Shown here in pieces: positions 47,574 through 55,715 of a DNA stretch of 64,000 nt (the stretch's first letter is position 1; the number at the start of each line of letters is the position of its first letter). Below the pieces are notes generated by a model. That model was not told the DNA's origin, searched no databases, and saw only the letters and a program-made list of their open reading frames with translations. A program made the translations under genes and the position numbers. The DNA comes from Acidobacteriota bacterium (GTDB lineage: Bacteria; Acidobacteriota; UBA6911; RPQK01; JADFOI01): assembly GCA_963663035.1 (NCBI GenBank), contig OY760074.1:2528001-2592000 (forward strand). The letters are read 5' to 3'.

Positions 47574-49148
47574 GTTGCCTCACGTAAAAATCTATTCGAA
47601 AGGGTATTGGTTGCCTCATTAAAAATCTATCCGAAAGGGATTGCAGGAAGGGGTGGAAAAAAGCACCAGCCAGAGGAGTGGCAAAGTCTTGTTCAACACC
47701 CGCAGCCTGTAGCCAGAGAAAGATTTTCACATCCAGCCCGCTTCGCATCGTTTCTTCTGTTCAGGAGTCAGTTTGAGTAAAAGGCAATTCTGAAGCCAGC
47801 CGATCTGCCGTGCCAGCTGGGCCGGATTGAGCTTCTCATACTCTTGGGCTAGTTCCCGCTTGATCTTGTCCGCCACCTCAGGGGACTGGCAGATCCGCCG
47901 GTAGGGAGTTTTGGGAACATCATACGTTTTCCAGATCCGAGACCCTCGAGGTTGCTTGGCCACCATCTTCATGACCGGCTTGAAAAAGTTGATCTGCAGT
48001 CGCAGCCGATCGTACAACTCGTTGCCCAGTTCCAGTTCTCGCTCTCCCTCGTAGCGAGCATAACCCACGGCCCGCCGAACCACCGAATAGTTTTTCTGTT
48101 CCACATAAGGGTTGTCATTCTTGCGGGAGGGGCGGGTGCGGGTGAAGGTGATCTTGTGCTGCTCACAAAAACGAATCAAGTGTGGGTTGATGAACTCGCC
48201 GCCGTTGTCCGAAGCGATCCCCAGCCAGGGGAAGGGCGAGCGCTTCTGCAGGAGCTTCATGGCTTCCAGGACCCACACCTGGGCCTTATTGCGCACCGCT
48301 CGCACCTCCGTCCAGCCCGTGTACACATCCGTTACATCCAGGGTTTGACAGTAATCCCCCCGCCCTATGCCTCCCTCATGGCCCACCAGGTCCACTTCCA
48401 CAAAACCGGGGCGATCCTCTTGCCAGTCGGCGAAACGCTTGATCGGAATCTGATGTTTGAGCAGCGTCCCCGGCTTGGTCCCGGATCGCCCCTTGAGCTG
48501 ATGCTTGCGCCTCTCGGGCGCCAGCAGCCGATCGATGGTGGCGGCGCTGATCTGGATCAACCGCTCTCGTGTCCTGGCATCCACTTTCAGCTCCCCATGT
48601 CTTTCTAAAATCGGCACCACTTCCGGCAAAATGGCCACCAGACGTTTCCCACACAAATAGTCCAGTATCTTCCAGATGATCTTGAGCGCCTCCACAACTT
48701 TCTGGTCGTATTTGCGGGCCCGCTGCCCACCACCTTTCTTGCCCACATCCCCCAGAGCCACCACTTTGGGGCTCAACCAAATCCGCTTGCCCTGGTGGCG
48801 AAGCAGATAGGCCCCATAGCAGCGGTTGTATCCCGTCATCTGGGTAAACTCCGTCAGCACTTCCCCCTTCACCTTCTTGCGCTTCTTCCGGTAGCGGGGG
48901 GCAAAGCTTTTGATCAAGACACGCTTTTTGCTCATCGTTAACCTCATGGGTGCCCTCCATTCCTTCATGGAGGACACTTCTATTCCCCTGCTCAGGCCCA
49001 GGCATTTTCGAATAGATTTTTAAATGAGGCAACGAATCCCTTTCGAATAGATTTTTGATGAGGCAATTCGGCCTACGCACAGGCAATTTCGAATAGATTT
49101 TTAAATGAGGCAACGTATCTATTTCGAATAGATTTTTGATGAGGCAAT
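47574..49148 (-). mobile_element. IS with rve/DDE transposase and multiple 27-28 bp subterminal repeats; exact ends unresolved
   Basis: TTGCCTCA-N2-3-AAAAATCTATTCGAAA: two copies at 47574-47638 and four inverted copies at 49006-49148. Confidence 0.85.
47727..48947 (-). CDS. DDE integrase-core transposase (IS481/ISNCY-like)
   Basis: SAATIDRLL, PGTLLKHQIPI, EVDLVGH, SDNGGEF, NDNPYVEQKN; RBS ggaggg before ATG 48947. Confidence 0.9.
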   Translation of the reverse strand: MRLTMSKKRVLIKSFAPRYRKKRKKVKGEVLTEFTQMTGYNRCYGAYLLRHQGKRIWLSPKVVALGDVGKKGGGQRARKYDQKVVEALKIIWKILDYLCGKRLVAILPEVVPILERHGELKVDARTRERLIQISAATIDRLLAPERRKHQLKGRSGTKPGTLLKHQIPIKRFADWQEDRPGFVEVDLVGHEGGIGRGDYCQTLDVTDVYTGWTEVRAVRNKAQVWVLEAMKLLQKRSPFPWLGIASDNGGEFINPHLIRFCEQHKITFTRTRPSRKNDNPYVEQKNYSVVRRAVGYARYEGERELELGNELYDRLRLQINFFKPVMKMVAKQPRGSRIWKTYDVPKTPYRRICQSPEVADKIKRELAQEYEKLNPAQLARQIGWLQNCLLLKLTPEQKKRCEAGWM

Positions 49149-49288
49149 TCGCGGCATTGCTTTGAAGGTCCGCAGTGAGTATCATCGGCAGAAACTGGGC
49201 ATAGACCAGCAAACGCTATTAGCCTTCAAGCGCCTGACATCCTCCCCCAGACGGAAGATCAGCGCTTCTCACAAGAAGGGAGCTTGAA

Positions 49289-51058
49289 ATGAGAAGATCG
49301 AGCCTTTTTTCAGTGCAGCGATCGGTTCAGACGTTCCTTATCGGGGCGATTCTTTTGGGGATCACGCCCGAGTTACTGGGTCACGCCCAGTTACTGCAAA
49401 CGGTGCCCCCGGCCAATGCGCGGCTCGAGCAGGCTCCCCGAAAGGTGCTGCTGCTCTTTAATGAAGGAATTGAGTCGATTTTTAATGGCGTGGTAGTACT
49501 CAACCGCAATGGCTTGCCCGTTCACAGCGGCGAAGCCACCCTGTCCCGAAACCAGCAGGAACTGTCCGTGGAGGTCAAGGACAACCTTCCAAACGGAATC
49601 TATACCGTCTCCTGGCGAGCCACTTCCTCTGATGGCCATCAAATTGGGGGCAACTTCGGTTTTTCAGTGGGAGAGGAATTTCAGGCCTCGGGGATGGTTG
49701 CCGTCCCCTCCGAAGGCGGGGAAGACTGGCCTGCCTTCTCGATGGCAGCTAACAGATGGCTCTATTTTCTGGCCAGTATGATGTTCGTTGGAGGCTTCAC
49801 CTTTGGGGCCCTCATCCTTGTCCCTGTGATCAAGCACCCCACATTGGAGATCCCGGCCGAAGTCTTGACTGGGGTGCGGCGCCTCTTTCTCCGTTTCTTT
49901 TCCTGGAGTTGGGTCGTGCTCCTGGTAACAGCCTTTCTCAATCTACTGTTCAAGGCGGCGGCCATGGCCGACTCCAGCCTACTGGAGGCCGCCGATCGGG
50001 ACATCCTGGCAGCCGTCATCTCCTTCACTCAGTACGGACGCATGTGGGCCGCTGGAATGGTACTGATCGTCGCTTCCGGAATTTTGTTTTTTCTGTATCG
50101 ACGCATCTGGACGGCTCCAGAGGATCTTTCCAAAAGTACCCTCTTGCTGTACCTGGGAGCAGCACTGGGTGCCCTGATGCTCTTTACGGTATCCAACTCG
50201 GGACACGCAGCGGCCGAAACCGAGTGGAGAGCACTTGCCTTAGGGGCCGACGCGCTTCATCTCGTGGCCACGGCCATGTGGGTCGGTGGTCTGGTTTATA
50301 TGGTGCTTTTCATGAGATCACTCTCGGCAGCAGAAGCGAGCCTGCGGGCTCAAGTACTGGGTGAGGTCATTCCACAGTTTTCTCGGATGGCACAGTACTG
50401 TGTGATTACCATCGTGCTCACGGGCCTGTATGCAACCTGGCTTCATATGCCCTCCTGGTCCTCATTTGTGACCACCTGGTACGGGTGGACACTTCTCACA
50501 AAACTCCTCCTGGTCCTCCCGCTCCTGGCCATAGGAGCGATGAACCTCCTGATCATCAAGCCGCAACTGAGACAGAATCTCCTCGAGCAGGGCGAAAAAG
50601 CTTTGGAAGCCACCTCTGCAGTGCTGAACCGCTTTCGTCCTCTGGTTCAGGCCGAGGTGGCCCTGGGTGTGGCTATCCTTTTGGTGGTGACGGTCCTAAC
50701 CAACATATCTCCTGCGGCCACGGCGACTTCCGGTGGGCCAGTCATGGTATCCAACGGCACCGATTTTGACATCATTTTGGAGATCGCACCCAATCAGATC
50801 GGACACAATATCGTCCAGATCCTAATTAAGGACCAGGAAGGAAACTCCGTCAGCAATCTGGGTAGTGTTCTTCTGGATGTCAATATGACCGACATGGACA
50901 TGCCCTGGCAGCGGCTCGAGGCCAGCCCCCGGGAGGACGGTTCCTATGAGGCGGAAGCCGTCCTGGGCATGGCTGGGAATTGGAGGGTCAACGTTCGAGT
51001 CACGGAGGAGGGTTCCTCCCAGCAGCAGTCCGCCGTCTTCGACAACTATATTCCTTAG
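49289..51058 (+). CDS. CopC-CopD-YtkA-like copper uptake fusion (YcnJ-like)
   Basis: Mature HAQLLQTVP, SSDGH (CopC); GHAAA, HLVATAMWVGG and multiple TMs (CopD); MTDMDM and GMAGNW (YtkA-like). Confidence 0.9.
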   Translation: MRRSSLFSVQRSVQTFLIGAILLGITPELLGHAQLLQTVPPANARLEQAPRKVLLLFNEGIESIFNGVVVLNRNGLPVHSGEATLSRNQQELSVEVKDNLPNGIYTVSWRATSSDGHQIGGNFGFSVGEEFQASGMVAVPSEGGEDWPAFSMAANRWLYFLASMMFVGGFTFGALILVPVIKHPTLEIPAEVLTGVRRLFLRFFSWSWVVLLVTAFLNLLFKAAAMADSSLLEAADRDILAAVISFTQYGRMWAAGMVLIVASGILFFLYRRIWTAPEDLSKSTLLLYLGAALGALMLFTVSNSGHAAAETEWRALALGADALHLVATAMWVGGLVYMVLFMRSLSAAEASLRAQVLGEVIPQFSRMAQYCVITIVLTGLYATWLHMPSWSSFVTTWYGWTLLTKLLLVLPLLAIGAMNLLIIKPQLRQNLLEQGEKALEATSAVLNRFRPLVQAEVALGVAILLVVTVLTNISPAATATSGGPVMVSNGTDFDIILEIAPNQIGHNIVQILIKDQEGNSVSNLGSVLLDVNMTDMDMPWQRLEASPREDGSYEAEAVLGMAGNWRVNVRVTEEGSSQQQSAVFDNYIP

Positions 51059-51115
51059 CGCTAGCCGCTCTGAAGATTCGGCACCTGAGGTGCCTCCCAC
51101 GCTACAGCGCGGCCG

Positions 51116-51706
51116 CTAGCCGTTGTGGTTGTTCCTTCTATTGACGACCAACACCAAACCTGCCCCGATCAGACCTCCAAATAGCCCGCTCAATCCCAGG
51201 TAGTAGGGCATGCTCGGCTCTCCCTCTGCTCCTTCAGTCAGCATAATTACGGGAGCAGGTTTCTCCACACCTTCCTCACTGCGGTCTTCTATCCAGGCCA
51301 CCACACTACCGTCGGAATACTTCTGGTAGGCCTTGATCTGCTGCCCTCCAGTCAGCTCGGGCATGGTCATGATCAGATTGAACTGGATAAAGGTATAATC
51401 GGGAGCCGCAGCTCCGGACCAGGTGACGCTTTGAATCCAGTTGTCCTGATCCCTTTCAATGGCCACATCCCAGAGTGGATCCAGTTCGACCTTGTCCACC
51501 TGGCCTCCGGCTTCCTTCCATTCCGGTGGAATGAGGATCTTCAACTCCACCGTGGGGATGTCCTTCTCAACCGGAGCTCTAACCGAAAAGGTCACATGGC
51601 GCGCTCCGGAAACGGCCCGTCTGGGCTGGAGCCCCACATGGGCAAACGCCTGAGCAGCGAAGAAACCTCCTACGGCTAACAAACAAGCACAGTGTCTTAA
51701 TCTCAT
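51116..51706 (-). CDS. YcnI/DUF1775 copper-binding membrane protein
   Basis: AFA-HV start, RAPVEKD, QKYSDGSVVAW, PAPV, C-terminal TM. Confidence 0.85.
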   Translation of the reverse strand: MRLRHCACLLAVGGFFAAQAFAHVGLQPRRAVSGARHVTFSVRAPVEKDIPTVELKILIPPEWKEAGGQVDKVELDPLWDVAIERDQDNWIQSVTWSGAAAPDYTFIQFNLIMTMPELTGGQQIKAYQKYSDGSVVAWIEDRSEEGVEKPAPVIMLTEGAEGEPSMPYYLGLSGLFGGLIGAGLVLVVNRRNNHNG

Positions 51707-51746
51707 TTTGCCCTCCTAGTGATCATAAAACCCATTCTACTGGATA

Positions 51747-53213
51747 TCACAGGCTGGGACGCCTTTCATGCCAGTGATTTTCAGATTCATAGGCAAAGGC
51801 CACACGATAGATCATTTCTTCCTCAAAAGGCCTTGCTGCAATCTGCAGCCCGACCGGAAGTCCTGGAGGAGAAGTGGAAAAGCCGGCCGGCAGAGCCAGC
51901 GCCGGAAAGCCACTGCAATTAAACATTTTGGCGAAGTCCTGTGCCAGTCCGGATTGCGGTCTCTCACCAGCAGGAGCGGGTCTCCCAGGCGTGATAAAGA
52001 CATCAAAGGAGCGAAACAGTTCGTGCATTTCCTTCATAAAGACCTTCCGCAACTTTTGCGCCCGCAGATATTCCACGGCCGGAATGAGAGCACCGACTTC
52101 GGCCTCTGCCCTCGGTCGTCCGGAATCTCCATAGCGGTCAGCCTGACGAGCCAGAAAATATTCGTGATAGGAGGCAGCTTCACAGATCCGGATCACTCGT
52201 TGACCGGAGTCCATCGCTTGAAGGGTGGAAGGCATTCCGACCTCCACGACCTGGGCGCCTAATCTCCTGTAAACCTCCAAAGCGTCCTCAAAGGCTTTGC
52301 TGCACTCGGCGTGAAAAGGTTCGATCAAGGAGTGTTTGGGGATACCGATACGAAGACCCCTCACGCCTCCTCTTAAAGCCTTGGTGTAATCCGGGATTGG
52401 AACATCGGCGGTGTAATCGTCCAGCGGATCATGGCCAGCCATGACATTGAGCATCAGTGCATTATCTTCCACCGTGCGTGTCATGGGACCGATGTGATCC
52501 AGGGTCCAACTAATGGGAATGATGCCATAGCGGCTGACCAGACCAAATGTGGCCTTCATCCCCACCACATTGCACAAGGTGGAAGGGTGTCGGATGGAGT
52601 TTGAGGTGTCCCCTCCGGTGGCTCCGGTGAGCATGCCCGCTGCCAGGGCCACGGCAGAACCACCGCTGGACCCCCCAGGGGTTCTGGTGAGATCCCAGGG
52701 ATTCTTGGAAGGAGTGTCGCCGCCCATCGAGAAAGGGGGAAGCTTGGTCTTTCCGATCAGGATGGCACCCGCCTCCTTCAACCGATCCACCACCGTGGCA
52801 TCGTGAGTGGGAAAGAAGTCATCCAGCAGCGGAGACCCGCCGGTTGTTTTGATCCCTTTGGAATAGTGAGTGTCCTTCACCCCCACGGGAATCCCGTGCA
52901 AAGGTCCTCGGTATTGACGACTCCCAATCTCTTGTTCGGCCAAGCGCGCTGCCTGCAAAGCCTCATCTCGGGCCAGGGTGATGAAAGCCTGAACCTTTGG
53001 TTCCACCTCATCGATTCGTTCGAACACGGCCTGGATCAGCTCAACCGGTGAGAGCTGCCTTGTGCGGATCAATTCTGCGGCCTGAACGATGCTCAGATAA
53101 GGCAAATCACCGCTGGCGGAAGCGGCTCCCTGCGACTGTGCCGATCTTGTGGAACGAGAAGCGACCGCCCCAGCAAGAGACCCCTGAAGAAAAGTACGTC
53201 TGGTAACACTCAT
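51747..53213 (-). CDS. Tat-exported amidase-signature enzyme
   Basis: TRRTFLQ; GPLHGIPVGVKD, PGGSSGGSA, GDTSNSIRHP, GLPVGLQ. Confidence 0.92.
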   Translation of the reverse strand: MSVTRRTFLQGSLAGAVASRSTRSAQSQGAASASGDLPYLSIVQAAELIRTRQLSPVELIQAVFERIDEVEPKVQAFITLARDEALQAARLAEQEIGSRQYRGPLHGIPVGVKDTHYSKGIKTTGGSPLLDDFFPTHDATVVDRLKEAGAILIGKTKLPPFSMGGDTPSKNPWDLTRTPGGSSGGSAVALAAGMLTGATGGDTSNSIRHPSTLCNVVGMKATFGLVSRYGIIPISWTLDHIGPMTRTVEDNALMLNVMAGHDPLDDYTADVPIPDYTKALRGGVRGLRIGIPKHSLIEPFHAECSKAFEDALEVYRRLGAQVVEVGMPSTLQAMDSGQRVIRICEAASYHEYFLARQADRYGDSGRPRAEAEVGALIPAVEYLRAQKLRKVFMKEMHELFRSFDVFITPGRPAPAGERPQSGLAQDFAKMFNCSGFPALALPAGFSTSPPGLPVGLQIAARPFEEEMIYRVAFAYESENHWHERRPSL

Positions 53214-53252
53214 CTCGATACCCCCTCTTAATGGTTACTGGTGCCGAGGCAC

Positions 53253-53456
53253 TTAACCTTTCTCGAGTCGGAAAGCGGGAATCGGATCGTCCTCCAACTC
53301 CAGCTCCACCTCATGCACGGCATCTACAGCCACCAGGTGCCTTTTCAAGGTAGCAAGGTCCTTGTCCAACCTGTCCTCGCTCAAATCCAACCCTGCTATT
53401 TTGGCCATGTGCCTCATTGCCTCTTTGAGTTCCTCATCCGTCATATTTTCATGCAT
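53253..53456 (-). CDS. Small GatC/AtzG-like amidase partner
   Basis: 67 aa; MAKIAGLDLSEDRL...DPIPAF; directly upstream of the amidase. Confidence 0.6.
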   Translation of the reverse strand: MHENMTDEELKEAMRHMAKIAGLDLSEDRLDKDLATLKRHLVAVDAVHEVELELEDDPIPAFRLEKG

Positions 53457-53518
53457 GGTTTGTTTCTCCCCAATCCATAAGCATCGACTCTCCCCTGGCC
53501 CGCTTCACTTCAGGGGAA

Positions 53519-54037
53519 CTATTGAGGGCCACGAGTCTCAACGAGATAGTCGGCCATAGTGTTGATCTCCTCCTCTGTCCAGAGCGCGCCCCGTCCCACC
53601 ATCCGGTAAAGTGTTCCTTCCCAGCCGCGACGATCCTGTCTGAGGTCACTCCACATCCCCTCACCATGACACTGAAAACACTTGTCCGTGAAAAGCTCTG
53701 CTGCTGCCGACTGGGGGGGAGCAGAACCCATCTGACCTCCATAGTGTTCACCCAGATAGCTGACAATGGTGTCGATTTCCTCGGGGAACATCTGAGCTCC
53801 TCTGGAAATCATCTCATTCACTTTCTCTTCCCATTCCTCGCTGCTTTTCCGCTGCGTCAGGACGTTCCCCAGCGTATGACATCCTGAACAGATGCTGGCA
53901 ACCATTTGTTTCCCCTGGCCTTCGGGCATCGACTCCACCAGCTCAGGTTCTCCCTGCTGCAAGATCGCCAACACCGGGACCATGAGAAAAAATCCAAGGC
54001 AGATCACCGCCGTCACGACTTTAAGCTTGTCTACCAT
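53519..54037 (-). CDS. Di-heme cytochrome c (two similar domains)
   Basis: Signal/TM; CSGCH and CFQCH; repeated W...M..RGA....EEI.T...YL. Confidence 0.9.
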   Translation of the reverse strand: MVDKLKVVTAVICLGFFLMVPVLAILQQGEPELVESMPEGQGKQMVASICSGCHTLGNVLTQRKSSEEWEEKVNEMISRGAQMFPEEIDTIVSYLGEHYGGQMGSAPPQSAAAELFTDKCFQCHGEGMWSDLRQDRRGWEGTLYRMVGRGALWTEEEINTMADYLVETRGPQ

Positions 54038-54144
54038 ACCAAACTCCTTCTCCGCGCAATTCTGTGCAACTGTAGTTCTTGGCGTAGCTTTGAAATATCA
54101 CCATTCTCACAGCCATGTCAACCGGAAAGAAGACTCCTCTTCTC

Positions 54145-54295
54145 AAGCCGGAATTATGCATAGATTATCTACTGCAGTGCCACAAACATCCACGCTGACT
54201 TCGTTGTGCGACCCGCAAGCGGGTACCCCTCGCACGCCTTGTCATCGCGGCGCCTGCGGCACTTCGTCACGAAAACCTATGCATAATCCCGGCTT
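54145..54295. mobile_element. Hairpin/MITE-like repeat copy
   Basis: TIR aagccggaattatgcatag / ctatgcataatcccggctt. Confidence 0.9.
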
Positions 54296-54426
54296 TAGTT
54301 CCTCACCACCTCCTCAAAAACCCGCAGCAGGTTTTCCCCCATGATCTTAGCCACATCCTCGCTGTAACCTCTTCCTAACAGGGCCTGGGCAATATTCTGG
54401 TACTCCCCTGCGTTTTCAATTCCCTT
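54295..54426 (-). pseudogene. 3' remnant of a membrane dipeptidase (M19)-like gene
   Basis: Hand translation KGIENAGEYQNIAQALLGRGYSEDVAKIMGENLLRVFEEVVRN*; no matching 5' part recognised. Confidence 0.65.
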
Positions 54427-54910
54427 ACTGTGTCGATGCCAGATCTCAATCCACTTAAAAAACCACTCTCAAACCAAGCTGAATCTCGCGCGGACTGTTG
54501 GTCACGTCCTCGATAAATCTGGCGCTGCTGCGTGGGGATCCGCTTCGACTGAAGACCTCCGTGTTTGGCATAGCCGGATCGTCACGTTTCAGATGGCGGA
54601 GGTAGCGGTAAGCGAGGAGACATGGGCCGAGAGGTTGTCTCGGATTGACCGCTTGAGATGGATGACAGTCTAGCGCCAAGTGTTTCTGATCAAGATGGCT
54701 GGAGAGGTGTCTGAACTGATCGGATTCTAACTAAAGCACCTTAATAATCCAGGGATCAGATGCGCTTTTCAGCCGAAAAATGAGGAAAGAACAGTTGATT
54801 CAAGGTTGGGGAGTGGATAGGCTTCGGTCATTCATTACCAGTTGGCTTGAGGACTTATATCCGAAGCTAATATTGAGGAATGTCAGTTTTTATCGCAGGA
54901 GGTCTTCACC

Positions 54911-55546
54911 ATGATCCAGCATGCATCCAAGCAGACACGTTTACTTTTTACGTTCTGGGCAGCTGTGATCTGTGCCCTTTTCTCGACATCTCTTTTTGCC
55001 CACGTGGCCATCTTTCCGCAGACGATTGCGGCAGGCACCCGTCACCACAACTTTTACATACGGGCGCCGGTTGAGAAAGACATTCCGGTGGTAGAGATGG
55101 GCTTTGAGGTGGATGAACGATGGCTCGAAAACCGGGGAAGTTTTGATTTCCAGCACGTAGCGGATTGGGACCTGCACGTGGAGTTAAACGAAGACGAAAG
55201 GGTCCATAAGGCATGGTGGACGGCAAAAGGAGAGGGAGCCTTGGCGGGAACCTTCCAGTTGATTTTCATGCGTGTGAATGTTCCTAGTACGCCTGGGGTG
55301 TATAACTTCGTTGCCTGGCAAAAGTACTCAGATGGAAGCGAGGTGTGGTGGAACGAAGTGCGAGGAGAAGAGGGTGTCAGTACCCCCTGGGCAAACGTGA
55401 CGGTAGAAGCAGAGCCCCTCTTTGGAGCTGGGCCTCTTGAGATAAGCGTGGCGGGCTTTGCCTTCCTGGCTCTGGCACTTTCTTTCTATGCTTTGGCTAC
55501 TGTGAGAAAGCTGCTGGCTTCAGGAAATCAAAAGGCGGATTCGTAG
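54911..55546 (+). CDS. Second YcnI/DUF1775 protein
   Basis: LFA-HV start, RAPVEKDIP, QKYSDGSEVWW, C-terminal TM; paralog of 51116-51706. Confidence 0.85.
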   Translation: MIQHASKQTRLLFTFWAAVICALFSTSLFAHVAIFPQTIAAGTRHHNFYIRAPVEKDIPVVEMGFEVDERWLENRGSFDFQHVADWDLHVELNEDERVHKAWWTAKGEGALAGTFQLIFMRVNVPSTPGVYNFVAWQKYSDGSEVWWNEVRGEEGVSTPWANVTVEAEPLFGAGPLEISVAGFAFLALALSFYALATVRKLLASGNQKADS

Positions 55547-55649
55547 CACGCGCACACGTTCCTGATTGTCTTCAGGCGGGTAGCAGGGGTACCAGTTGCG
55601 ACCGAACCTGGTCGATCGAATCCTGGTTTAGAACGGAAATGTGGGAAAC

Positions 55650-55691
55650 AAAAAGGGCCCGCCACGAAACTTCGTGACGGGCCCTTTTTTT
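55650..55691. terminator. Bidirectional intrinsic terminator
   Basis: aaaaagggcccgccacgaa-ac-ttcgtgacgggccctttttt between convergent genes. Confidence 0.9.
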
Positions 55692-55715
55692 GTTCCCTTC
55701 TTGTCAGACGTTTGT

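Noticed and set aside
49006-49148. Four 27-28 bp direct repeats resembling a mini-CRISPR
   Set aside because: Spacers are only about 7-20 bp, there are no cas genes, and inverted copies lie on the other side of the transposase, so these are IS end repeats
48376-49212. 278 aa ORF with a repeated peptide
   Set aside because: Alternative frame over the IS end repeats and the transposase; no recognisable motifs
51747-53456. gatCA tRNA amidotransferase
   Set aside because: No gatB, and the amidase carries a Tat export signal
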